From Candidatus Omnitrophota bacterium (GTDB taxonomy: Bacteria > Omnitrophota > Omnitrophia > Omnitrophales > JACROU01): a stretch of 64,000 nucleotides of DNA. This document shows positions 55,401-61,416 of this stretch, in pieces (within the stretch, counting starts at the first letter, position 1; the number at the start of each line of letters is the position of its first letter). The stretch is from contig JAJDCD010000023.1 in the NCBI GenBank assembly GCA_029261035.1, forward strand, positions 237,126 to 301,125, read 5' to 3'. A program made the translations under genes and the position numbers. The notes under the pieces are model-generated. The model made no database searches. It had not been told where the DNA came from and saw only the letters and a program-made list of their open reading frames with translations.

Positions 55401-57073
55401 CACATAGCTTTTTAAAGCTTATAAGAAAAAATCTTGCGATTAAAAAGAAGAGAATGGATTTACTTCAATATAAAGCAGCTGTTTATGGTTCTGAAGATGA
55501 AGCTCTGTTGAGAAAGCTTTGGGAAGAGTCTGGTTTTAAAATTGTGTCTTTAGAACCTTTGAAAGAGAACGAGCAAGATATTGATTACCCTCTTCCTGAG
55601 AGTGCATTAAAAACATATGGATGGAAAGTAAGGGTTGTCAAAGAGAGAACCTTGTCTCAGCGTAGTGAGGCAATAGAAGCCATCAAATTGCCATCAGATC
55701 AGTTGCGTAACAAGGATAAATCTTTGGTTTTGTCGCCTGAAACAAGGGCTATGCTAGAAATTCCTTATAAAGAAAAACGAGTTTCTAAAAAAGAGATCCA
55801 AAAAATGCTAGCTCAACGGGAATTTTTTAAAGATGCACGTGTGTTTGAATATATAGAACGGTATTTTGACAATCCGTCACGTGAAAGGAAGCACGACTTA
55901 GAAATTGTTCTTAGCCGAATTAATAATTTAGTTGGCTTAGCGTTTAGAACAAAAGGAATGGATGGTGAAGAAGACTTGTTGAGAGTAGAGGACTTAATGG
56001 CTGTTCAGAGAGTCTTAAACCAAGTTTTTTTTGGTAAAGGAATCAAACAAAAAAAGAACAGAAAAAAATGGCAAGCCCTCAAAGGGCAACTTCAAATGAA
56101 GTATGGGATCTATCAACTTATTCTTAACCATCAGACCTTAAGTACTCCTATTCACGAAAGGCTTCAAGGTTTATTGAAAAAATTTGATGTTATTTCAGAG
56201 ATTGAGGTAGATGAAGATAGAGAGGTCTTACGAATAAAAGCGAAAATCGAGAGAGAGTTTGTTTCTTCAAACGCTGAAAGTTTGGGAAGACAAGCCGTTG
56301 TGGGCTTTTATGATCTTAATCAACAGTTGGGTGGGGGAACCCGTCTCGGGTTTGACCGGGTTACCTATGAACTGACAAAAGGCCTTTTATCTCCGGTTCT
56401 TCGTTTAGATAGAGAGACTTATGATGAGGCGTATTCTTCTCTTTTTCCTGAAGAAATTTTAGAGAGTTTTAGTTTGCCTAAAGACAAACTAGATCAAATG
56501 GGTCTTTGGGGAAGAGTTTTAGCGGCAGGACAAGAAGGGCCCTCAAGGCATGTGTTTGACTATAGGAGTTTGCCAAAAAATATTGAAAGTCTAGATGCAT
56601 TGATTCTTTATTTGTTGCAACACAAAAAATTAACCTACACCTTACTAACGATAGCGCCTATCGAAGAAGTTAGAGAGTTTAAATTATTATTAAAAAAATA
56701 TATTTCGGATAAATATCAAACCAGTTTAGGTGAACGTTTTAATTTACAAGGGGTCCATTCAGAAAAGGAATTGAAAGCTTCTGTTCATAAACTTGTTTCT
56801 GATAATCAAAAGAGTGCTTTAGCTTTTGTATCTGAGGATGCAGAACAATCTTGGGTTGGTTTTACACGTAATAATTTGTTACAAGTAGCTGGATCTAAAG
56901 ATGCCTCCACTCAAAATGCTTCTGTTATTGTTGCAGCTCAAAAATTATTAGAACCTTTACCAACGCATCTTTTTTGGGAAGTTCAAAAACCAGAAGATTT
57001 AACAACGACTTTTATTTGGAATGAATTACTGATTCGATTTCAAGCAGATACAATGCTTCGAATTGCGGCTTAA
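43433..57073 (+). CDS. Giant secreted protein of 4546 aa. It has an N-terminal domain paralogous to the 34340 protein, two class I SAM-methyltransferase-like domains, two internal tandem repeat arrays and recurring A[AS]SLG motifs.
   Basis: Uninterrupted 13.6-kb ORF. The likely true start is the in-frame TTG at 43484, giving MKFLYKTRRFLSSLVLFTFLFSLIQV...ANA/AT as signal peptide. MTase motif I-like LDLGTGNFHA (nt ~47452) and VDTGTGAYTA (nt ~54661), each followed by a GTD strand. A basic KRKRKRRR patch at nt ~54415-54440. Confidence 0.9.
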   Translation: MLFFLKSFILFQERPTRLKFLYKTRRFLSSLVLFTFLFSLIQVSDLKNANAATIVPQSPLFVFDFDLPRNLGELTHISPKVLLDPTSDEPLFFHIQSSHRHYETETNIKEILRFLTKEYDIKHIFLEGGAYRLHPENFQFFPEDPEMNKKVVQTLLQKGELTGAEAFLIESEQNVSGWGLEDAKLYKENRDLFKKIIKLQPQAQTYLDFLILELNSINSVVLNNTLKKWLQQKKRHKEQTTPLSERLRYLKKQAKKQLDLDLSTPISQNLFPTLVRYFQLEKSLKEFNLEHWKKEKDLFLHELKKMELEPNLAKEIHSFLDKTPGFLKENYGYDSKTSQIFSLPKLRFVFERLYDALPEDFDIKRFPSVAQYIQIEILKDEVKGKQMFQEIKILEEKVLSSLIQTPEEKEHINLLEEITRLKKLIRLELTREEYNRYFDNSSQQNKPEHILDSTHQTISQTIKNKKTSLDILKQKLLETGIFDLTLSFYRAAIDREEAMTNKLLKHAKEVLKEKTIFITGGFHSEIFESTLKKNNLNYVQISPHMGDGSDFSEETYLKASLGKSFIETAHKEAPLRTDPLLLSELNDPMFLADIKAVVDETVLEVSGKSLGGLYDKDKTKTVGEVSFTGDVEKDFHQITEWFQTIFSNQEDVDLFLKQNYIVYGKRGEGWILRIEKNSDHTLSFDFEGVLMGGLNTPTLAKYQFVFDYQESSVQLFVYANWLLDLPYISDDQLILKKKIYFNSEELSSLKFENNKFYIEVPEKVRQQLWNLEILERFEKEGVASEHLQLVSEAQGIVLPKSGDVMPSMASSLGKAKSVDPEELAQRILTSKRFIIRKGAIDRLTGIASQMVFNLPEGKEAETQRRAFDILARLSVPQEEGEEVLPTEVYELLHLALAHIALQRTLPYSTEALEQLKNNLLSSNISEERFFKSVTNAFWNIIYLDARKEHGYRKDFILEVLSFIESTILSKSPQLRSLVYPLLFEFLKRLAYEVGNQTKSSEHFGVVTAPILNKIFDIYKHVFSTPNFEKKVYKDAVIHSFLHIYWGVKGDYSPLPLMQRRIDDFQPVVNFIQDAWNESREEERRNGIKDLYDNFVQYQDEGSASSLGNAHRPPFSFKNGIFRLNWNYPGKADVYPWAPKERGSFAEALNYWYGRAIFFTVDEREPLHYEEAITERLSSAVGDFEKIYRGLAAYPQLRLSNVLIQRNLDKPTAEVVEMIKPLIFDAAKAFGEAPESRAFRVDRKADHDSLMVLYHNAEQFVDTVTPFYRAHQSKASSLGLRPVEEKKVSTFDRFPTDKDYWDLFWKEAKLSSSSVNGDYPPSISGFLERFFSKLPNNFKSGLDLGTGNFHALRKAREHFDSRAMTPILIGTDFAQPGMSPPEGVVFRKVAGEHLSDLLIDDELDLQHIEAIFGVHSLLYMNVEGTLRQMNAVMPMGGQIGFVLHHAESTYVFSEKYYLEMLLLLERLDLFATLRQFIKDPRPKTLRVVYKKTKVLIDIILQKQEEDRAFSDSPTGKMIGELIGLSSYVTQQVLSDWLKNSSYAHKVPEFSTPFDMIYMMEFLSLDEMEGFREEGLDDYIYEVMSQYKKLKVELNQTHTEYLERIEGRFYGRKKKAALLKEAAIYGMQHKDELMDLFKRNGFEVEVEELHDTQSNGRSLLGWGVTGTKISEAMEKKPVLKRVNSEMPKLDFDEIKMKIPDFNDDFFESVQNQLEQLELLERIGFLKAAYAILQDPSNLWAQNTLNHAVYILDLYAHFISGMKKFIGDYAFFNPSTILSLYYQTLKGLETRLLPGELLDHILWIQSQIRMNQIEKVLLRRILELRPEEKVRRPGKIVQRALSELGYELTLFGQTSFSKDNTYWEIEIEKTTAASLGRLRSMTTHRVFSKEEKELKTNEIVPAASLGQVRNQKSVLIDRIRAGYEKLKEEEKVEIGDISLLVDKKEGRFYKTFPHPGGKNKGSREPVRLGANIEELELRLLREEEAIVLEFIYTKKGKKGVAKLYWTGKKYETEYERKVREMREAFKNLEEEKVVAVGDVSLLVNKSQGKLQHGFPTPNGNTLNKLQPIGTGMKGARQETVASSLGVQLNKEMLIMKIREGFRDLEVGNTKMVSIGDVSLLVDKKRGRFYQTFPTPDGGTVERGQGIGAGKGIKDIYLKMIKEEQEIVLEFWFKKGNSETEDRVKFYWNGKEYKQEKDRKKKELIKRIKKGFKKAKKGQSTEIGDVSLLVNKKYGRLQSVFPMPNGEKVAGIGLSFGAKLNLKKISLKIQNEEGQIVLKFLYRVKGKKEQETAKLYWNGKKYETEEKKKSSNKEQKELIKKIRKGFKDLESGKSEAIEVGDVSLLIKKKRGLFKGSFPTPNGGKVGASQALGTSGNLSEIFLTIRKEGNQIVLEFRYTKMISNTGDRKEKIVGKERLYWNGTKYLNKFNTGERKKREERLIKQIRNGFKSLKLGRKQEVEIEDISLLIYKKYGTLKPIFPTPDGGQVRKGYPFGGTKHIKEIALRIKKEEGQIVLEFFYKIEGEEKKSVRKVYWHEGKYESEVGRKKREIHEGFKNLQSGEKEKIEIEDISLLVNMRHGVFKPDFPTPDGGRIGKSRGMGVGKNLKAISLRASKVKGKIVLEYFYKTKGSKKEKFAKVYWFEGKYEVEIDRKRREIREGFQKLQLGEQEEIEIGDVSLLVNKRYGNFQMTFPTPDGSQVGRVGAIGIGKNLKEVTLTIRKENGEIILVFFSKTKGSKKEKQTKLYWYEEKYESETDRKRREIREGFQKLQLGEQEEIEIGDVNLLVNKKAGNFKFRFPTPDGGQVGKQYAIGMGGDSIEIDLKIKREKETGKILLEFRYQKQGRATFEKVPVTLAWNPTTKTYEPYVPETQQDVYEFDLDTEGFSLGRQMLEVGSQKMPKAKGYELTAIEASSLGEQQALEEAWKAFQLQRPQLIAKIEAWKAGKRGEETARQLRDQIYKIERADLIAWDLDKYMHKKSSQKVFSGYKELLIALFSDLQLNPLGFQLDFVKKPLESIRFRFAQKVPSVMERYARVETLSEEEKDLLREEVYEIDSSRLKEWQLERVLHRKEVPLFDGDYRQVLILSLPDLKLNPLGFGLDFTTLEKALESMRFIFEKEILEILKRYEQLKGLSELKVEQLREEIYAIRGRHLTAWGLEGLGDRSAAPYFKGSTFNALNTFFSELNLNSLDYELDWSSPEQATASVHHVFNKEFPELMERYRRFEELSFSQQNRLRDEFYQFTQNQMQALNLRAATQEYFQNTHAIAMQAIFPKLELNVLGFSLDWSSPEQARASLRFVFQRHIPSIMERYEKIDQLDAEMIERLRRDIYHNISNAHFRLWKIQNLIRTKVLGENYLEVLDVFFNDPRLGFSILGMRQYRKQNTTTKYQWKDLQQAKTSIKEAMRENMPELVDQYEAWESLSLFEQNNLRDDFYAITAGHIAVWGLNSALNNRAVPFFKGKIFNVLNETFPNLKLNPLGFALDYTTTDRALESIRYVLSKKKPKVIEEYDRRHELSQDEIEALKEKIYQINSRSLLLWGLRGAFSKKESPQFEGSYVRALQTFFSGLELNPLRFRTDFTTEENAINSVLSKFERYKPQLFSKYQSIEDLTEEEVETLREQIYRIQPEQLKLWGLRGAFSYFKGGYRAILMAVFNHSRLNLEKESFKRKRKRRRISESGRIPTVGLNVQTDEESSASSLGEDMSDTEVWKYGFKTVKGSAEYNPELKKAIREFFRALKGSNPDKLKIISVDTGTGAYTAINEARNYLEEQGWLHRFELVGTDIFEPEEKAPKGVRFEKVATESLSDSFALESLDGVMSVRSLLYTDVKDSLFVLNQVLKVGGEGLFILHHKYSEILAFDRDFQEQVDILKGLKLFAHLETFVKQPNYRNLRQLLIVRKIISNAIHERKTRKDFPHILNREIGLLQKFQAAIDYSVYLVLRDGLKKKITTKEIDEVLSFLEVPTNMEEEFLPYFNDLMTLYIRQYSGFDVQTYEHSAHSFLKLIRKNLAIKKKRMDLLQYKAAVYGSEDEALLRKLWEESGFKIVSLEPLKENEQDIDYPLPESALKTYGWKVRVVKERTLSQRSEAIEAIKLPSDQLRNKDKSLVLSPETRAMLEIPYKEKRVSKKEIQKMLAQREFFKDARVFEYIERYFDNPSRERKHDLEIVLSRINNLVGLAFRTKGMDGEEDLLRVEDLMAVQRVLNQVFFGKGIKQKKNRKKWQALKGQLQMKYGIYQLILNHQTLSTPIHERLQGLLKKFDVISEIEVDEDREVLRIKAKIEREFVSSNAESLGRQAVVGFYDLNQQLGGGTRLGFDRVTYELTKGLLSPVLRLDRETYDEAYSSLFPEEILESFSLPKDKLDQMGLWGRVLAAGQEGPSRHVFDYRSLPKNIESLDALILYLLQHKKLTYTLLTIAPIEEVREFKLLLKKYISDKYQTSLGERFNLQGVHSEKELKASVHKLVSDNQKSALAFVSEDAEQSWVGFTRNNLLQVAGSKDASTQNASVIVAAQKLLEPLPTHLFWEVQKPEDLTTTFIWNELLIRFQADTMLRIAA
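49160..52020 (+). repeat. Internal tandem array 1 in the giant gene: about 9 units of ~105 aa (~315 nt)
   Basis: Recurring unit ...REGF+.L+.GE.EEIEIGDVSLLVNKK.G.F...FPTPDGG.VG......G......L.I+KE.G.IVLEF.Y+.KG.....+.YW.G.KYE.E.DRK+REI. The GD[IV]SLL core recurs 9 times. Units are divergent at nucleotide level but conserved in protein sequence. Confidence 0.8.
52270..54410 (+). repeat. Internal tandem array 2 in the giant gene: about 7 units of ~90 aa (~275 nt)
   Basis: Recurring unit F..L.LNPLGF.LD+.....A..S.RF.F.K..P...E+Y....LS..E...LR.E.Y.I....L..WGL. Cores are LNPLGFQLDF, LNPLGFGLDF, LNSLDYELDW, LNVLGFSLDW, LNPLGFALDY and LNPLRFRTDF. Confidence 0.75.
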
Positions 57074-57081
57074 TGAAAATT

Positions 57082-59064
57082 TTAAACTTTTAGTTGTTTT
57101 TCGGCGTCGACAACGTCGCGATTCATTCGGCTCATTGCTTTTATGGCTTTGTCTTTGAGATGGTCGGAGACATTTGGGGCATGGATTAATTGGCGTAATA
57201 ATTGAACGATCATCCGAAAACATCTTACTAACTCCCCTTCAGCTACAGTGGCATTCTTCATTACTTTTTCAAACGAATGGTTTTGATACCAAGCTTCGAC
57301 ATATTCTGTCAGATGAAAAAAGGCAGGTTTGGTAAAGGGATGAATTTCAAATTTTCTTTCTTTTTTGTAAACGTGTTTATTGCAACTTGTAGCCAGATTT
57401 TCTACATTTCTGAATCGTTTATGGAGATCAGGCATTTCGTCGTTCTTTCTAGGTTCATAAACGAGAGCTGCTAATATAACACAAAGTTCTAAAGGGTTGA
57501 TCGCATCTAAGTGGCCGTCCCCTTGCATTTCTCCAAGCAGAAGTTCGTAGCCATAGAGTCGTGAAGCAAATTTACCTTTTTCTGAAATTTTATTTTTTTC
57601 AATATAACCCATATCTTTAAGCAAACTGATTTTGGATTGCATTAACTCTAGAGCCAACCGTTTATTTCTTTTACTGCTTTGATAAGCATGAAATGATTTT
57701 GGGTAAATCTCTAGCAGTCTTTCTCCGAAAATTTCGTAAAGATTGAGGACGGTAGCGTAGCCCGTATTAAACTGACTGCGCACAGATTCATTTTCTCGAA
57801 AGATAATGCGTTTCACTTCTTCATGATCTATTTCATGAGGATTAACGCGAGTATAAACAAAACCTTCTTTATCCATTCCTCTTCGACCTGCACGACCTGC
57901 CATTTGGTAGAAATCGCGGGTTTTTAAAGGTCCAAAATGAGTGCCATGATACTTTCTTAAACAGTCGAAGACAACGGTTCGAGCGGGCATATTGATGCCT
58001 ATTGCAAATGTTTCGGTGGTAAAGATCAGTTTAATCAGTTTGCTGGTAAATAAAACTTCAATCACTTCCTTTAATGTAGGAAGCATCCCTGCATGGTGAA
58101 AAGCCACACCTCTTTCGATCATGGTAACCATCCAAAGAGCAGAGCGTTCCTCAGAGAGATTGTATTTTTGTAATAAACTATTAAAGAGATCTAAAACCTT
58201 ACTTCTTTCATCATCGCTTAGGAAATTATAATTAGATAGTTCTAAGGCCAAAGATTCGCAGCGTTTTCTGCCGAAAGTGAAGTAAATACAAGGCAGTTTT
58301 TCTTCTGCCTTTAGGGTTTCGACCAAGGTTTCTATTCGGTTCGCTTTTGCTTTAGGCCGATCGATTCGATTGCGCTTGTATCGATCTCTCATGGATAAGC
58401 GCCAATCTTCTCTGTTTTCATAGCCTTGTTTTTTTAATCTTGGCATGTCTTCGAAAAATTTATTTTGGCATTGAAAAATATGGTGAAGCTTAACAGGCCT
58501 ATGTTCTTCGATAATAACTTCTACAGGACGCTCATGAACTTCGCGAATCCAAGAGGCCAGTTCGTCCACATTGGGAATGGTTGCTGACAGGCATAAAAAA
58601 TTGATGTGTTTAGGGGTGAACATAATTGCTTCTTCCCACACAGTGCCTCTTTCGGGGTCGTCTAAATAATGGATTTCATCAAAAATAACCCAAGAAATAT
58701 TTTCAAAGCGTTTTGGGTTTTCGAAAAGAGTATTACGAAAAATTTCTGTAGTCATTATGAGAAGAGAGCCTTTAGGGTTGATTGAGACATCTCCCGTTAA
58801 AATCCCTACTTCATTTTCGTATTTGTGTGTAAAATCTCTAAACTTTTGATTGCTAAGAGCTTTGATAGGAGAGGTGTAGATTACCCCTTCGTTTCGGCTC
58901 ATAGCCATTTCGATGGCGTATTCTGCAATTGCGGTTTTCCCAGCACCGGTAGGAGCTGATACAAAAACAGATTCTTCTTTTTTGATGATTTTGATGGCTT
59001 CTTCTTGAAACGCATCATATTTAAAAGACACGAGAACTCCTTTGCATGCTAGCGTAGAGCGCAT
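57082..59064 (-). CDS. Ski2-like / DEAD-DEAH superfamily 2 RNA helicase
   Basis: 660 aa. Motif I APTGAGKT, motif II DEIHYL, motif III SAT, HHAGMLP, motif VI QMAGRAGRRG. The C-terminal helical domain is reminiscent of the Ski2/HelY C-terminal region. Confidence 0.8.
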   Translation of the reverse strand: MRSTLACKGVLVSFKYDAFQEEAIKIIKKEESVFVSAPTGAGKTAIAEYAIEMAMSRNEGVIYTSPIKALSNQKFRDFTHKYENEVGILTGDVSINPKGSLLIMTTEIFRNTLFENPKRFENISWVIFDEIHYLDDPERGTVWEEAIMFTPKHINFLCLSATIPNVDELASWIREVHERPVEVIIEEHRPVKLHHIFQCQNKFFEDMPRLKKQGYENREDWRLSMRDRYKRNRIDRPKAKANRIETLVETLKAEEKLPCIYFTFGRKRCESLALELSNYNFLSDDERSKVLDLFNSLLQKYNLSEERSALWMVTMIERGVAFHHAGMLPTLKEVIEVLFTSKLIKLIFTTETFAIGINMPARTVVFDCLRKYHGTHFGPLKTRDFYQMAGRAGRRGMDKEGFVYTRVNPHEIDHEEVKRIIFRENESVRSQFNTGYATVLNLYEIFGERLLEIYPKSFHAYQSSKRNKRLALELMQSKISLLKDMGYIEKNKISEKGKFASRLYGYELLLGEMQGDGHLDAINPLELCVILAALVYEPRKNDEMPDLHKRFRNVENLATSCNKHVYKKERKFEIHPFTKPAFFHLTEYVEAWYQNHSFEKVMKNATVAEGELVRCFRMIVQLLRQLIHAPNVSDHLKDKAIKAMSRMNRDVVDAEKQLKV

Positions 59065-59103
59065 AGCGTTTAGCGTATAGTAAAAACAGAAAGACTCTGG
59101 GTC

Positions 59104-59283
59104 CCGGCTCGGTGGCCGGGATCCAGTGTCTTTCTATATCTCTGGATTCCCCCGCCCAACAAGACGGCAGGCAGGCGACAATAGATTTCGGGAATGACCT
59201 TGCACCACGTAGGGTGCATAGTAAAGCAATTATGGATGTCATTGCGAGGGAGGACAAAGGACCCGTGGCAATCTCGGATTTTT
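59104..59283. repeat. Intergenic modular repeat cluster A-B-C upstream of the helicase
   Basis: 59104-59134 ccggctcggtggccgggatccagtgtctttc (module A without the GTCAT head). 59144-59198 ggattcccc...agatttcgggaatgac (module B). 59238-59283 gtcattgcgagggaggacaaaggacccgtggcaatctcggattttt (module C). Confidence 0.6.
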
Positions 59284-59388
59284 CTGACTTCCGACTTCTG
59301 ACATCTGGTATATAATATATAGTATACATGAATCCCAGAGGTCTATCTCAAATGATCCAAGTTTGATTCATATCTATTTATTTTATTT

Positions 59389-59439
59389 GGCACCACAGCG
59401 TTTTGTACCCAGTGTGCCGGGTCTTTAGACCTGGCACAC
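59389..59439 (+). ncRNA. Conserved ~50-nt hairpin element (copy 2 of 2)
   Basis: ggcaccacagcgttttgtacccagtgtgccgggtctttagacctggcacac. The stem GTGCCGGGTC / GACCTGGCAC has one G-U wobble that is valid only on the plus-strand RNA. It lies ~78 nt upstream of the plus-strand gene at 59517. Confidence 0.35.
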
Positions 59440-59516
59440 ATATACTATTACATTTTACAACTTTCTGACAGAGTTCAAATTTACTTTATGAATAGAAACG
59501 TAAGTTAGGAAAGATA

Positions 59517-61214
59517 ATGACAGACCCATCTCAAGATGCAGATTTTAATGAATTGGATTTCGAAGAACAAAAGGCTATTTTTTTTAAAAGCTCTTTTGAA
59601 GAGAAGGGAGATCTCCTACTTCGAAGCCAAGATCCCGACCAACTTGCCAATGTGATGTCTTGTGAAGAAATGTATTTGATGACTCGGAATATGGATATTG
59701 ATTTGCGAGCTGAGATTTTGAAACACGCCAATTTACCCCAACTTTTTTTTGTTGCCGATTTAGATTGTTGGTCTAAGGACCAAATTAACCCTAAAAACTT
59801 TTTAGATTGGTTGGAATGTCTTTTTCTTGCCGACCCGGAGAAGCTTGCGGGCTGGTTATCCCATATTGATTATGAAATGTTGGTTGCAGGTTTTAAGAAA
59901 TATGTGGGAGTCATCAAGCCCGAAAGAGAATATCCCGCAGATGAAATTTTAGGGGACCGCGCTTATTTTACATTAGATATGATGTATTACGTTTTGTGTG
60001 ATGAAGATAATTTAGATTTGGTTAAAAGAGCGTTGCATCTTATTTATGAAACCGAAAAACGTCTTTATGTTAATTTGCTTGAAGGTTTAATTTCAGAGTT
60101 GGATTACGAGATGGAAGAGGAAGCTTTTCGTCATCGTAATGTACGTTTAAGTGAACGCGGTTTTCCTGAAGAAGACTCTGCAATGCAAATATATCGCCCT
60201 ATCTCTGAGGATGAGTGGAAGAAGTTGCCTAAGAAGGAAATAAATATGGATTCGGTTCGAGAAGGCCAGGTGATGCCCGCAAATTATCCTGTGCTTTGGT
60301 CTGAAGAGAAATTGTTTTTAGATGATGTTTTAGGGAGTTTGGCGAGTGAGTCTATCGAAGTCATCCATTCTCTTCAAGAAGAATTGGTTTGGCTTTCAAA
60401 TAAGGTGTTGTCTTGCAGTGGTATTCAGATGGCGTCTGAACAGAAAGTTCGAAATGGGATCGAGCGTGTGAGGCGGTTTGTGAACATCGGCTTGGAAGAA
60501 GTTAGTCAGTCTGACGTCGAAGTGGCGCGTCCTCTTGTTTTGAGCACTTGGCTTGAATTTTTATTCCGAAAAGGGTTCACAGAGATTATTGATGTGCGTA
60601 GTGAGTTGACGAAATGCATCCAACAGTTTTGGAAAAAGAACAATGATGCGTTTCTAAATTTTCTGGGAATTCCCTATGAAAATATGTGTCGCGGGTTGCT
60701 GAAGACACAGCCACAATGTTTTGATACGGCTGAAACGCACGACTTAGAACAGCTACGAGATTTTAAGAATATGGACGAAATTAAAGCGTCTCGCGTTTTT
60801 GTTCAGGTATTAAACGAGTTACATGAGTGTCTCGTTAAGCAATGCCCTAACCTTTTCTCTGTTCTTTTAATCGAGGCAGATGGAAAGGATGACCCAACAA
60901 CACTTTTGGAGCTTATAGGGACTCTTTTGGTGAGATCTATTTTAGATGAAAAAATTCAATTTAAAGAAATAACAAAAAAAGAATTAGACCAGTTTCTTAA
61001 AAAAGGCGGAGAACAGGCTGGGATAGAATTTTTAATTCATAAAAAATTTATAGAAACATTTGTTGCTCAGATGACCGAAGGGCATCAAGACAATAAGAAA
61101 TTAGAACAATTTTTGTATCAAATCATCGAGACCCTCCAATCAGAGTTACATACCCTTTCCATTGCTTCCGACATCAACTACAAATATGTTCGCTGCGTTA
61201 AGTTGAAGGACTAG
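59517..61214 (+). CDS. Hypothetical protein (565 aa, acidic N-terminus), first gene of a two-gene unit with the eRF1-like protein
   Basis: Long ORF with no motif I can recognise. It runs co-directionally with the downstream eRF1-like gene and divergently from the Ski2-like helicase. Confidence 0.6.
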   Translation: MTDPSQDADFNELDFEEQKAIFFKSSFEEKGDLLLRSQDPDQLANVMSCEEMYLMTRNMDIDLRAEILKHANLPQLFFVADLDCWSKDQINPKNFLDWLECLFLADPEKLAGWLSHIDYEMLVAGFKKYVGVIKPEREYPADEILGDRAYFTLDMMYYVLCDEDNLDLVKRALHLIYETEKRLYVNLLEGLISELDYEMEEEAFRHRNVRLSERGFPEEDSAMQIYRPISEDEWKKLPKKEINMDSVREGQVMPANYPVLWSEEKLFLDDVLGSLASESIEVIHSLQEELVWLSNKVLSCSGIQMASEQKVRNGIERVRRFVNIGLEEVSQSDVEVARPLVLSTWLEFLFRKGFTEIIDVRSELTKCIQQFWKKNNDAFLNFLGIPYENMCRGLLKTQPQCFDTAETHDLEQLRDFKNMDEIKASRVFVQVLNELHECLVKQCPNLFSVLLIEADGKDDPTTLLELIGTLLVRSILDEKIQFKEITKKELDQFLKKGGEQAGIEFLIHKKFIETFVAQMTEGHQDNKKLEQFLYQIIETLQSELHTLSIASDINYKYVRCVKLKD

Positions 61215-61233
61215 TTGTTGATCATGATCGTCT

Positions 61234-61272
61234 GAGATTGCCGCGACTCACTGGTTTTAGTCTCGCAATGAC
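61234..61272 (-). repeat. Module C repeat in inverted orientation, immediately after the stop of the 59517 gene
   Basis: gagattgccgcgactcactggttttagtctcgcaatgac is the reverse complement of GTCATTGCGAGACTAAAACCAGTGAGTCGCGGCAATCTC. Confidence 0.55.
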
Positions 61273-61416
61273 GTTTGTCCTAATCCCTTAGGCAGAGGAA
61301 GCTCTTTGCTAAAGGCCTCTTTTTGCCCCCAATCCTCCTATGTGTTAGGCTTCTTTAAAGAGGTCTGTACTGTTCTTTGAAACGAGTTTAAACGCATAAA
61401 AAGGGAGGTTCGTCCT

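Noticed and set aside
34340-57073. NRPS/PKS, RHS/YD-repeat toxin, or cadherin/Ig adhesin identity for the giant proteins
   Set aside because: No adenylation, condensation or KS motifs, no YD or RHS core repeats, no Ig/cadherin-like DxNDN motifs. The repeats present have their own distinct consensus.
59021-59329. ORFs 59021..59329 (-) and 59112..59315 (+) in the helicase upstream region
   Set aside because: They coincide with the module A-B-C repeat cluster. They are mutually overlapping and more GC-rich than the neighbouring genes, which is better explained by non-coding structured repeats.
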